This document shows, one piece after another, positions 41,693 to 51,099 of a DNA stretch of 64,000 bases. Source of the stretch: Oceanispirochaeta sp. (GTDB taxonomy: Bacteria; Spirochaetota; Spirochaetia; DSM-2461); the NCBI GenBank assembly GCA_963663385.2, contig CAXXXD010000003.1, positions 320,001 to 384,000 of the forward strand. Reading direction: 5' to 3'. Numbering within the stretch: position 1 is the stretch's first letter; each line of letters starts with the position of its first letter. A program made the position numbers and the translations under genes. A model generated the notes under the pieces. That model did not search any database. It saw only the letters and a program-made list of their open reading frames with translations, and was not told where the DNA came from.

Positions 41693-41739
41693 CGCTGAAG
41701 AGATCTTGGCAGCGTATTAAATGTGTAATAGGAGCTTTT

Positions 41740-42198
41740 ATGAGAATAGCAATAGGTTGTGATGAAGCCGCCATTGATATGAAGAATTGTATAAAACAGC
41801 ATCTGGAGGAGATGGGGCACGCGGTTCAGGATTTTGGTGTAAACAATACCGACCCTGTACTATACCCCGATATCGCCGTGGCCGTGGGGACCTCAGTGGC
41901 CAGCGGAGATAATGAACGGGGAATCCTGATGTGCGGTACCGGCCTGGGAATGGCTATCGCAGCGAATAAGGTTCCGGGAATTCGGGCCGCTACCTGCCAT
42001 GATTCCTTTTCGGCCCAGAGGGCCCGGAAAAGCAACAATGCCCAGATTATGACCATGGGGGCCCGTGTTATCGGCCTGGAACTGGCCAAGAACCTGGTGG
42101 ATATCTGGATGGAATCGGAATTTCAGGGAGGCGGTTCAGCACCCAAGGTAGATAAAATCATGGAGTGGGAGAAAGAACTCCATAAAAAGGCCAATTGA
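41740..42198 (+). CDS. rpiB: RpiB/LacAB-family sugar-phosphate isomerase (possibly DerI-like)
   Basis: IAIGCDEA, CGTGLGM, NKVPGIRA, SNNAQI..GARVIG; ATG 41740 with AGGAG. Confidence 0.85.
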   Translation: MRIAIGCDEAAIDMKNCIKQHLEEMGHAVQDFGVNNTDPVLYPDIAVAVGTSVASGDNERGILMCGTGLGMAIAANKVPGIRAATCHDSFSAQRARKSNNAQIMTMGARVIGLELAKNLVDIWMESEFQGGGSAPKVDKIMEWEKELHKKAN

Positions 42199-42218
42199 AA
42201 AAGATAGGAGTACGAATC

Positions 42219-43220
42219 ATGCAGAGAATTATCAATGATCCCAACATGGTTGTTGAAGATATGCTAAAAGGCTTTCTTAAAACCCATAAGGATATTGTCT
42301 CCTCCACGGAGCACGAAAGGGTTATCAAATATAAAGAAGCTCCCGTAGACGGTAAAGTCGGTGTGGTAACGGGGGGAGGCTCCGGTCATAAGCCGGCCTT
42401 TGTCGGGTATGCAGGAAAGAACATGGTTGATGCAGTTGCGGTTGGAGAGGTTTTTGCCTCTCCAACTGCCAAAGCCTTCTTTCAGGCCATGAAAGAGGCG
42501 GATTCAGGTCAGGGGGTAGCCTGTCTGTATGGAAACTATGCCGGGGATAATATGAATGTCAAAATGGCCGTGAGGATGGCGGAAAAAGCCGGTATAAAGG
42601 TTAAAACCGTTGTAGCCAATGATGATGCCGCTTCAGCGCCAAAGACCGAGCTGGAAAAAAGACGCGGTGTGGCCGGTGAAATCCTGATGTGGAAGGCCGG
42701 GGGAGCCAAAGCCTCTCAGGGGGGGACACTGGATGAAGTTATTGCCGCAGCGCAGAAAGCCATCGACAATACCCGGAGTGTCGGGATTGGTCTCACCTCC
42801 TGTACCATCCCGGCTGTGGGACACCCCAATTTCTCTATTGAAGACGGCAAGATGGAAGTGGGGATCGGGCATCACGGCGAACCCGGAATTAAAGTGGAGG
42901 ATCTGAAATCCGCAGATGATATGGCAAAAGAGATGGTGGATGTGATTCTGCCGGATCTGCCCTTTGAAAAAGGAAATGAAGTGGTTGTGCTTCTCTCCGG
43001 TCTGGGAGCTACCCCTGTAATGGAGCTGTACATTCTATATAACAAGGTGGAAGAGCTTCTGGCGGAAAAAGGGATTACCGTATACAGGTCCTATGTGGGA
43101 AATCTTTTTACCTCACTGGAAATGATGGGAGCGACCCTGACGGTTATGAAGCTTGATGACGAGCTGAAACCGCTGATGGATATGGAAATCAACACCATGG
43201 GCCTCAAACAATTTTCATAA
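42219..43220 (+). CDS. dhaK: Dihydroxyacetone kinase subunit K family
   Basis: GGGSGHKP, NYAGD, RRGVAG, GIGHHGEPG. Confidence 0.9.
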   Translation: MQRIINDPNMVVEDMLKGFLKTHKDIVSSTEHERVIKYKEAPVDGKVGVVTGGGSGHKPAFVGYAGKNMVDAVAVGEVFASPTAKAFFQAMKEADSGQGVACLYGNYAGDNMNVKMAVRMAEKAGIKVKTVVANDDAASAPKTELEKRRGVAGEILMWKAGGAKASQGGTLDEVIAAAQKAIDNTRSVGIGLTSCTIPAVGHPNFSIEDGKMEVGIGHHGEPGIKVEDLKSADDMAKEMVDVILPDLPFEKGNEVVVLLSGLGATPVMELYILYNKVEELLAEKGITVYRSYVGNLFTSLEMMGATLTVMKLDDELKPLMDMEINTMGLKQFS

Positions 43221-43264
43221 ATAATGAAGTGGTTGGAAGAAGAGTCTTCGGGATTTCCAGCCAA

Positions 43265-43301
43265 CCCTCACCCCGACTCCTCTCCCAGAGGGCGAGGGGA
43301 G
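43265..43301. repeat. BoxC-like palindromic intergenic element
   Basis: CCCTCACCCCGACTCCTCTCCCAGAGGGCGAGGGGAG between dhaK and dhaL. Confidence 0.55.
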
Positions 43302-43326
43302 TTTATATATTTTTAGGAGCTGAATT

Positions 43327-43971
43327 ATGGCTGAAACATTTAAGAACAGTTCTGCTCAGGTAGTAGTGGACAACCTGGTGGTCTGTATAAAAAGCAATGT
43401 CGATTATTTGAGTGAAGTGGATGGGAAGATCGCAGATGGAGACCATGGGATCAATATGCAGAAGGGATTTACTATTACCGGTCAGAGGATCGAAGGAAAA
43501 TCTCTCAGTTATACGGAAGCGTTGAATGTTCTGGGAGATGTACTGGTTTCGGAGATAGGCGGTTCCATGGGGCCCATCTACGGCAGTTATTTTATTGAGC
43601 TGGGAGACGGCTGTCAGGGGAAGGAAGAGGTTGATAAAGTCGCTTTTCTGAAGTCCTACGAAACAGCCCTTGAGGTTGTCCTCTCTCTGGGATCGGCACA
43701 GCTGGGCGATAAAACCATGCTGGATACCATGATTCCCGGAATCAATGCACTGAAAGCGGCTGTAGATGCTGATAAGCCCTTCGGGAAATGCCTGGATGAG
43801 ATGACGTCTGCCGCGAAGGCTGGAATGGAATCCACAAAAGATATGATTGCCAAAGTAGGCCGGTCGGCCCGTTTGGGAGAACGTTCCCGGGGGGTTCTGG
43901 ATGCCGGTGCTGTTTCCTGTTTTCTGATTATAGAGGATATGGCTAAAACCATTAAGAAACTGCTGGGATAA
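43327..43971 (+). CDS. dhaL: Dihydroxyacetone kinase subunit L family
   Basis: DGDHGINM, GGSMGPIYG, GDKTMLD, GRSARLGERS, DAGA. Confidence 0.92.
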   Translation: MAETFKNSSAQVVVDNLVVCIKSNVDYLSEVDGKIADGDHGINMQKGFTITGQRIEGKSLSYTEALNVLGDVLVSEIGGSMGPIYGSYFIELGDGCQGKEEVDKVAFLKSYETALEVVLSLGSAQLGDKTMLDTMIPGINALKAAVDADKPFGKCLDEMTSAAKAGMESTKDMIAKVGRSARLGERSRGVLDAGAVSCFLIIEDMAKTIKKLLG

Positions 43972-43981
43972 AATCTTTTCT

Positions 43982-44014
43982 ACCGGAGTTCCGGCTTTTT
44001 TCCGGAACTCCGGT
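43982..44014. terminator. Perfect 13-bp stem-loop after dhaL
   Basis: ACCGGAGTTCCGG-CTTTTTT-CCGGAACTCCGGT; no U-tail, so the terminator role is uncertain. Confidence 0.5.
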
Positions 44015-44195
44015 CCTCCCGGCACGGATCCGGTATTCCCCGGCGAGGAAAGACCGGGATAATCTGGATATTGATCCTGCTTTATCAGAGGAAACAGAGC
44101 ATCGGATCTACGGAACAGTTTTATTTGCCAGATCAGATATTTACTGCTATCATAATCGCCTGAAGGAATATATATAAAAATTATGGAATACTGCA

Positions 44196-45815
44196 TTGAT
44201 TAAGATACTCATTGTTGATGATGAGCTTCTTGTTCGAATCGGGCTTAAATCAACACTCAGATGGGAAGAACATGGTTATACTCTGGTGGGGGAAGCTAAA
44301 AATGCCAAGGAAGCAATTGAGCTCTTCGAACGTTATAATCCGGAAATCCTTCTGACTGATATCTCCATGCCCGGATTGACCGGGCTTGAACTGATCCGGA
44401 TGCTCAGGGAAAGAAATCCTTTTCTGCAATCCATTATTCTGACCCATTATGAAGACTTTCATTATGCCAGGGAAGCTGTATCCCTTGGTGTAAGGGATTA
44501 CATTGTCAAATCTAATCTAACGCCCGAACGCCTGCTGAAGGTTCTGAAGGAGTCGGAAGGGGCCCTGTCCAGGATGCGGGGCCGTTCGGTTCCTCTGGAT
44601 ATCCATCCCGTATCACCGGAGCTCTCTCCGGATTCTGCTGAACTGGAAAAAGGACTGAATTCCATCCTGTTTCAAACAGAAACGGATGTCCCGGCTGATG
44701 ACAGGGCGGGAATATTGGCGGAGGTATTGCCTTATAAAGGGTATCAAGTCGCGGTTATTTCCATCAATCTGAATATAAAGGTCAATGAAAACTCTCAATT
44801 GGACAGAAAACAACGGTCTGTTATTGAAGATGTGTCCCTTCAGGTCCTGTCGGATAATCCCTTTCCTTTGGTAAGGACCGTACACAGAAATGAGATAATT
44901 TATCTCTTCAATTATGATTCGGAAAAGCATCCAGACGGTATTGATGAAAGAATATCCCGGTATATGCTGCTTCTTAAATCAAATCTTAAAAAATACCTGA
45001 ATTATTATCTGCTCACAGGGCTGAGTTCTTCGTCATCCGATATTAGAAAAATAAATACATTGTATGAACAGGCCAGGATTGCCGGAAAGCGGGCTTTTTT
45101 CGAAACCGATCATATCTCCCTGTTCAAGGAATCTCAGTTTGAAAGGCAGGGTGAGAAGATTTTTCCGGATGATCAGTTTATGTTGAACTGCCTGAATTCC
45201 GGAAATACGGAGGATCTTTTTCCCTATATTGAAAATATCTTTGCCCATGCCTCCAGACTGAAAGACTACGACTATGTGAAAACACTCTTCTATAGTTTTA
45301 TGGATACGGTAGAAAATTATCTTACGGGGTTAGATACGGGGAATGATGGGGATGATCTGAAGGAATACGGAATAGATAAGTTGCATTTTTACAGTTTGTA
45401 CGATATGGATGCTGTAAAAATGCATGTTTTGAATCTTATAAACTCTCTTCAAAAAGTATCTGATACCAGCCAGACCCAGACCAATTTTTCCTATATCATC
45501 AGAAAATCGATTACGTATATAGATTCTCACTATAATGAGAATATATCCCTGAACAACCTGGCTACAAATGCGGATGTAAGCAGAAGTTATTTAAGTTTTC
45601 TTTTCAAACAGGAGCTGGGTGTGAATTTCAGTTTCTACCTGACTCAAACGAGAATCCGGAATGCCAAGGATATGCTGACTTCCACAAATCTTAAAATATA
45701 TGAAATTGCCGATAAAGTGGGGTTTGACAGCCCCTATTATTTCAGTAAGGTTTTTAAGGAAACAACTGGTATTACATGCAAGGAATTCCGGAACAAGTAC
45801 TATGGAACAATGTAA
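44196..45815 (+). CDS. YesN-like response regulator (REC + AraC HTH)
   Basis: KILIVDDE, TDISMP; YLSFLFKQE, YEIADKVGF..YYFSKVFK. Confidence 0.93.
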   Translation: MIKILIVDDELLVRIGLKSTLRWEEHGYTLVGEAKNAKEAIELFERYNPEILLTDISMPGLTGLELIRMLRERNPFLQSIILTHYEDFHYAREAVSLGVRDYIVKSNLTPERLLKVLKESEGALSRMRGRSVPLDIHPVSPELSPDSAELEKGLNSILFQTETDVPADDRAGILAEVLPYKGYQVAVISINLNIKVNENSQLDRKQRSVIEDVSLQVLSDNPFPLVRTVHRNEIIYLFNYDSEKHPDGIDERISRYMLLLKSNLKKYLNYYLLTGLSSSSSDIRKINTLYEQARIAGKRAFFETDHISLFKESQFERQGEKIFPDDQFMLNCLNSGNTEDLFPYIENIFAHASRLKDYDYVKTLFYSFMDTVENYLTGLDTGNDGDDLKEYGIDKLHFYSLYDMDAVKMHVLNLINSLQKVSDTSQTQTNFSYIIRKSITYIDSHYNENISLNNLATNADVSRSYLSFLFKQELGVNFSFYLTQTRIRNAKDMLTSTNLKIYEIADKVGFDSPYYFSKVFKETTGITCKEFRNKYYGTM

Positions 45816-47646
45816 ACTTTTTAAAAGGATCCTTCCTTATGTACGTCTGGGCAAGCATAGCCTGCAAAAAAGGATATTCATCTATTTTCTTATATTTTCA
45901 TTGAGTTTCACTTTTACAGGATTTCTTATTATATCAAAAATACTGATGGAGGAATATGTAACTTCATTAACGGAACATGCCGTAAACAGTTCCGACAGGG
46001 CAAAACAGAGTATCGAGTTTCTTCTTAATATGACAGATAACACGGCATCTCTGCTGGCTAATCAGCAGTCACTGCTTGATGCCCTGCGTTTGACAACTAT
46101 TACCGAAGACCGGGATTATGTTTTTTCAAAATATAGTATTGATATAATGCTCAAAAGCATTATCAGCGTGCATGAATATATTGATAATATCTATATTCTG
46201 GGCAGCGATGGTGAATTCTATTCCAGTTACTGGGGGGCCGATCAGAAGGAGATTGAATCCCGTTTTGATGATCTGATAAAAAATCAGAAGAAGCATCAGG
46301 AATATATCAATGGGGAGCCTATTGTTACGTATCTGCCTTTTTTCGATTTGAATGTCATTTCCTATACCAGACCGATATTCCTTTATCCGGAGGATCTGGG
46401 GCTCGGGTTGATTATCATTGATCTGAACTATACCTACCTGCGCGAGATGTTTACATTTTCTTCCCTTCAGCAGGATGTTGAGAAGACAATGGTCATGAAT
46501 AAAAACGGAGAAACCATATTTACCTTTCCTTTCAACACATCCATGGAACATATCGTCGATAAATACCCGGAACTTCTGGAGGATAATCATACGGTTCACG
46601 GAAAGGCTTTCGGAGCAGAGAGCATTATACTGTCTAACCGGGTGGATTACAGCGACTGGATGATTATCCGTATAATTTCAAAGGATAAGATCTATAACAA
46701 CGTTTACTACCTGACGAGGATCGGGGCATTGATCTGGATTATATTCATCATCCTGTCATTCGGAATTTCCTATGCCCTTTCCATCTCCATCACCAACCCT
46801 ATTATAAATCTGAATAATACAATTCAAAAGGTAGAGATGGGGAACCTCGGAGTGAGGGCCCAGGGGGAGGGGCCTGATGAAATTGGACAGCTTGCCACAT
46901 CCTTCAATCATATGGTTCAGAGGATATCCGACCTGATGGGGAAAACCCTGGAGGAGCAGAAAATGAAATCGGACCTTGAATTTCAGATTCTTCAGAGCCA
47001 GATTAATCCTCATTTTCTTTATAATACCCTGGATTCCATTAAATGGCTGGCTGTGTTTCAGAATGTTGAAAATATCAGTGATATGGCCACGTCTCTGATT
47101 AACCTGCTTAAATATAATATCTCCAAGAAAACCAAGCTTGTTACTCTGAGCGATGAGATTAACAGTATCCGGGATTATCTGGAAATTCAGAAATTCCGCT
47201 TTGGGGATGCTTTCGACACAATTTATGAAATTGGAGAGGCAACCGAAAAATTATATATTCTGAAATTTATCCTTCAGCCTCTGATTGAAAATGCCATCTT
47301 CCATGGTTTTGATAACATAGATTACCAGGGAATTATCAGAATAAGATCGCTTATACAGGAGGAAAAACTTGTTCTGGAGGTCATGGATAACGGCATCGGG
47401 CTTGATGAAGAAAAGGACTATCTTAATCAGATAAGCTCCTACGATCATAAGAAAATGCACAACAGTATCGGGATTCGGAATGTAACGGACCGGATTAAAC
47501 TCTATTTTGGCGGGAATGCGTCATTTTCCCTCCGGAATCTGGATGAAGGCGGGGTTATTGTTACAATTATACTGCCCTTGATTCAAACCACCGACCAGCT
47601 GCCGGAAGATGTCGATAATATTATCAGGCGTATTGGTAAAGACTGA
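45802..47646 (+). CDS. YesM-like sensor histidine kinase (Cache, HAMP, His_kinase)
   Basis: QSQINPHFLYNTL, LQPLIENAIFHG, DNGIG, IGIRNV. Confidence 0.92.
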   Translation: MEQCKLFKRILPYVRLGKHSLQKRIFIYFLIFSLSFTFTGFLIISKILMEEYVTSLTEHAVNSSDRAKQSIEFLLNMTDNTASLLANQQSLLDALRLTTITEDRDYVFSKYSIDIMLKSIISVHEYIDNIYILGSDGEFYSSYWGADQKEIESRFDDLIKNQKKHQEYINGEPIVTYLPFFDLNVISYTRPIFLYPEDLGLGLIIIDLNYTYLREMFTFSSLQQDVEKTMVMNKNGETIFTFPFNTSMEHIVDKYPELLEDNHTVHGKAFGAESIILSNRVDYSDWMIIRIISKDKIYNNVYYLTRIGALIWIIFIILSFGISYALSISITNPIINLNNTIQKVEMGNLGVRAQGEGPDEIGQLATSFNHMVQRISDLMGKTLEEQKMKSDLEFQILQSQINPHFLYNTLDSIKWLAVFQNVENISDMATSLINLLKYNISKKTKLVTLSDEINSIRDYLEIQKFRFGDAFDTIYEIGEATEKLYILKFILQPLIENAIFHGFDNIDYQGIIRIRSLIQEEKLVLEVMDNGIGLDEEKDYLNQISSYDHKKMHNSIGIRNVTDRIKLYFGGNASFSLRNLDEGGVIVTIILPLIQTTDQLPEDVDNIIRRIGKD

Positions 47647-47655
47647 ATCCTGTTT

Positions 47656-47679
47656 GCCTGAAAACAGGAGGGTTTCAGG
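47656..47679. repeat. Palindromic element, copy 2 (GCCTGAAA...GAGGGTTTCAGG)
   Basis: Matches 27656-27686; may also serve as the kinase-gene terminator. Confidence 0.5.
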
Positions 47680-47706
47680 ATTAAAAAGCTGGATGGAATA
47701 TGCTGT

Positions 47707-47754
47707 TTGACAAAACTTCATTTCCATACTAAAATGCGTTATCGTTAACGCATT
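47707..47754 (+). promoter_or_regulatory. sigma70 promoter with overlapping LacI-type operator
   Basis: TTGACA (47707-47712) - 17 nt - TAAAAT (47730-47735); palindrome AATGCGTTATCGTTAACGCATT (47733-47754). Confidence 0.85.
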
Positions 47755-47766
47755 CTGTGAGGGATT

Positions 47767-48846
47767 ATGGCGACAATAAAGGATATTGCAGAAGCAGTCG
47801 GCGTATCAATTGGAACGGTTGACCGCATACTGCATGAACGGGGTCGGTACTCCGAAAAAACAGCCGAAAAAGTTCGTAACGCCATGAAGGAGTTGAACTA
47901 TACTCCCAATATTCATGCCAGAGGTCTCAAGCAGACTAAAAAATATACATTTGCAGCTCTTATTCCTCGACAGGATCAGGATGGCGGGTATTGGGAACTG
48001 GTTCAGGAAGGGATCGAACGGGCGGCCCAGACACTGGAATCCTACGGTAGTCGTGTATGTATTTTCAGTTTTGATCGTTACTCGCAGAAGTCATTCAGGG
48101 ATGCATTTTGCAGGGCCGTGAATTCCGAGGCTGAGGGGCTGCTTATTGCTCCTGTCCGCCCGGATGACACAAGGAATATGCTGGGAACCGTGTCTTTACC
48201 GTACCTTTTTATTGATTCCGACATCCCCGGAATGACCGGGCAGATTGCCTATATCGGGCAGGATTCCCTCCAGAGCGGTATCCTTTCGGGGAGGCTGATG
48301 AACTTACTGTTGAGCAGCCGGACCCTCTCTTCTGATCAACCGGACGTTCTGGTGGTGGATCCTCCCGGAAGCAATAGTCATCTGAAAAGCAGAATGGAAG
48401 GATTCAGACAGTCCCTGAAGGCGGCATGGCCTCAGGCTGAACTATTTCAGATTAAGGAGGAGAGTGATAATGAGGAGGATTTTCATCGTTATCTCGGGGA
48501 GTACTTTGAAAACTTCTCTCCAGAAAAAGCCTGGAAACCGGACGGCATCTTTGTTGCCAATTCAAGTGTCTACTATGTGGCTTCTTTTCTGGAGAAAAGA
48601 GGCGCTGAATATACAGATATTCCCCTGATCGGTTATGATCTGCTGCCCGGACGGGAGGGGATGATTACCAATGGGGTTATTGATTTTATCCTGACCCAGC
48701 AGCCGGAAGAGCAGGGATATAGGGGAATCATTATGCTCTATGACAATCTGATATTGAAACAGGATGTGGCTGAAGAGGTCATTACTCCCCTCAACATTAT
48801 TACCAGGGAGAATCTTCCCACTTTTATGAATTACAGGAGGTATTAA
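47767..48846 (+). CDS. LacI-family repressor, probable arabinose regulator
   Basis: TIKDIAEAVGVSIGTVDRILH, YTPNIHAR; first gene of the araD-araA operon. Confidence 0.9.
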   Translation: MATIKDIAEAVGVSIGTVDRILHERGRYSEKTAEKVRNAMKELNYTPNIHARGLKQTKKYTFAALIPRQDQDGGYWELVQEGIERAAQTLESYGSRVCIFSFDRYSQKSFRDAFCRAVNSEAEGLLIAPVRPDDTRNMLGTVSLPYLFIDSDIPGMTGQIAYIGQDSLQSGILSGRLMNLLLSSRTLSSDQPDVLVVDPPGSNSHLKSRMEGFRQSLKAAWPQAELFQIKEESDNEEDFHRYLGEYFENFSPEKAWKPDGIFVANSSVYYVASFLEKRGAEYTDIPLIGYDLLPGREGMITNGVIDFILTQQPEEQGYRGIIMLYDNLILKQDVAEEVITPLNIITRENLPTFMNYRRY

Positions 48847-48849
48847 GTC

Positions 48850-49551
48850 ATGAACGGCAGAATGAAAGAGCTGAAGGAGCGCTGTTACGAATCCAATATG
48901 GAGATTCCCCGGCAGAAGCTGGCCATTCATACCTGGGGAAATGTAAGTGCCTACGATCCGGACGAGGGGATTTTTGCCATCAAACCCAGCGGTGTTTCCT
49001 ATAATGAGCTGAAGGCGGATGATATTGTTCTGGTAAATCTGAAGGGCGAAAAAGTAGAGGGGAGGATGAATCCCTCCTCGGATACCATGACTCATGCCGT
49101 ATTGTACCGGTCTTTTTCCGGCATTTGCGGTATCGTACACACACACTCCCCCTATGCTGTCGGGTGGGCGCAGGCCAGAAGGGAAATCCCCCTTTACGGA
49201 ACAACCCATGCTGATCATCAGACCTGTAATGTTCCCGTTACAGCGGTCATGAGCGATGAGATGATCCGGGGAAATTACGAAGAGCAGACCGGCTATCAGA
49301 TTCTGAATGCATTGAAGGATCAGAATCTTTCCTATAAGGATATTCAGATGATTCTGGTGGCCTGTCACGGCCCTTTTGCCTGGGGAGAAACACCGGAAAA
49401 AGCTGTATATCATGCTGTGGTTCTGGAAGAGATTGCAAAAATGGCAGTTATTACGGAGCAGGTCTGCCCTACTGTGGGCAGGATCAAAACATCACTTATT
49501 AATAAACACTATCAGAGAAAGCATGGAAATAACGCCTATTACGGACAGTAA
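48850..49551 (+). CDS. araD: L-ribulose-5-phosphate 4-epimerase
   Basis: TWGNVS, IKPSGV, PSSDTMTH, HTHS, GTTHAD, RKHGNNAYYGQ. Confidence 0.93.
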   Translation: MNGRMKELKERCYESNMEIPRQKLAIHTWGNVSAYDPDEGIFAIKPSGVSYNELKADDIVLVNLKGEKVEGRMNPSSDTMTHAVLYRSFSGICGIVHTHSPYAVGWAQARREIPLYGTTHADHQTCNVPVTAVMSDEMIRGNYEEQTGYQILNALKDQNLSYKDIQMILVACHGPFAWGETPEKAVYHAVVLEEIAKMAVITEQVCPTVGRIKTSLINKHYQRKHGNNAYYGQ

Positions 49552-49579
49552 CAAGGGCTTAATAAAAAAGGAGTGACCT

Positions 49580-51097
49580 ATGAAAGTATATGAAGAGATG
49601 AAAATCTGGATGGTTTCGGGGAGTCAGCACCTTTATGGTGAAGAGACATTGAAACAGGTTCGTTCCCATACCCGGGAGATCGCAGAATACCTCTCTGCCA
49701 GAGATAATATTCCCGCTGCCATCGAGTATAAGGGGATTCTGACCACACCCCGGGAAATTACGGATTTCTGTATGGAAGCCAGTGCTCATAAGAGCTGCGG
49801 CGGTGTTATACTCTGGATGCATACTTTTTCTCCCTCCAAAATGTGGATAAACGGTTTGAATGTGATGACCAAACCGGTACTGCATCTTCATACCCAGTAC
49901 AATCGTGAAATCCCCTGGGATAGAATCGATATGGATTTTATGAACCTGAACCAGTCGGCTCATGGCGGACGGGAGCATGGTTACATTAATACCCGGATGA
50001 GAATTGAACGCAAAGTTGTCGTCGGTTACTGGAAGGATGAGGCTGTTATCAGTCATATTGATGCCTGGATGCGGGCTGCAGCTGCCGTAAAAGACCTGAC
50101 AGGAGGGAAGGTTGCCCGTTTCGGGGATAATATGCGGGATGTCGCTGTTACCGAAGGAGACAAGGTCGCCGCACAGATAGCCCTCGGGTTTGATGTTTAC
50201 GGCTTTGGTGTGAGTGATCTTGTTCAGAAAATCAACGCCGTTGGGGATGAACAGATCAGCTCACTGATTTCGGAATATTCCGATTTATACGAAATTGACC
50301 CTATACTGCTGCCCGGCGGAGAGAAACATGAATCCCTTATAGAAGCGGCCCGGCTTGAAGCAGGTATGGAAGCCTTTCTGGTGGAAGGGGACTTTATTGC
50401 TTTTACCACAACTTTTGAAGATCTGGCTGGAATGGCTCAGCTGCCGGGATTAGCCTGCCAGCGGCTTATGGAAAAGGGCTATGGATTTGGAGGGGAGGGG
50501 GACTGGAAAACGGCGGTTCTAGTCCGTGCCCTGAAGACCATGGGAAAAGGAATGCCCGGCGGAACATCCTTTATGGAAGACTACACATATCACCTGGATC
50601 CTGAAAATCCCCTTGTGCTTGGCGCCCATATGCTGGAAGTCTGTCCCACCATTGCGGGAAAACATCGAGTCAAACTGGAGGTTCACCCTCTGGGGATTGG
50701 TGGAAAGGCGGATCCTGTCCGTATGGTATTCAATACGGAAGCCGGTTCTTCCCTGAATGCCTCCCTGATTGATATGGGAAACCGTTTCAGATTGATTGTG
50801 AATGAGGTAGATACGGTGGAACCGGAACATGAGATGCCGAATCTGCCGGTTGCAGGCTGTCTCTGGGAGGCTCAGCCTGATCTGCCTACTGCTGCTGCCG
50901 CCTGGATTCTGGGGGGCGGAGCGCATCATACGGCATACAGTAAGGATGTCTCTGTTGAAATGCTGATAGATTATGCCGAGATGTGCGGACTGGAAATTCT
51001 TGTTATTGACAGGGATACAAAAATCCGGGATTTCAAGCGGGAACTGAGATGGAATGACCTCTATTTTACCATGAAGGCATTTTCCGGAGGTGTCTGA
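49580..51097 (+). CDS. araA: L-arabinose isomerase
   Basis: GSQHLYG, WMHTFSP, MNLNQSAHGGRE, RFGDNMR, EGDWKT, SFMEDY, AHMLEV, GGAHH. Confidence 0.96.
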   Translation: MKVYEEMKIWMVSGSQHLYGEETLKQVRSHTREIAEYLSARDNIPAAIEYKGILTTPREITDFCMEASAHKSCGGVILWMHTFSPSKMWINGLNVMTKPVLHLHTQYNREIPWDRIDMDFMNLNQSAHGGREHGYINTRMRIERKVVVGYWKDEAVISHIDAWMRAAAAVKDLTGGKVARFGDNMRDVAVTEGDKVAAQIALGFDVYGFGVSDLVQKINAVGDEQISSLISEYSDLYEIDPILLPGGEKHESLIEAARLEAGMEAFLVEGDFIAFTTTFEDLAGMAQLPGLACQRLMEKGYGFGGEGDWKTAVLVRALKTMGKGMPGGTSFMEDYTYHLDPENPLVLGAHMLEVCPTIAGKHRVKLEVHPLGIGGKADPVRMVFNTEAGSSLNASLIDMGNRFRLIVNEVDTVEPEHEMPNLPVAGCLWEAQPDLPTAAAAWILGGGAHHTAYSKDVSVEMLIDYAEMCGLEILVIDRDTKIRDFKRELRWNDLYFTMKAFSGGV

Positions 51098-51099
51098 TA

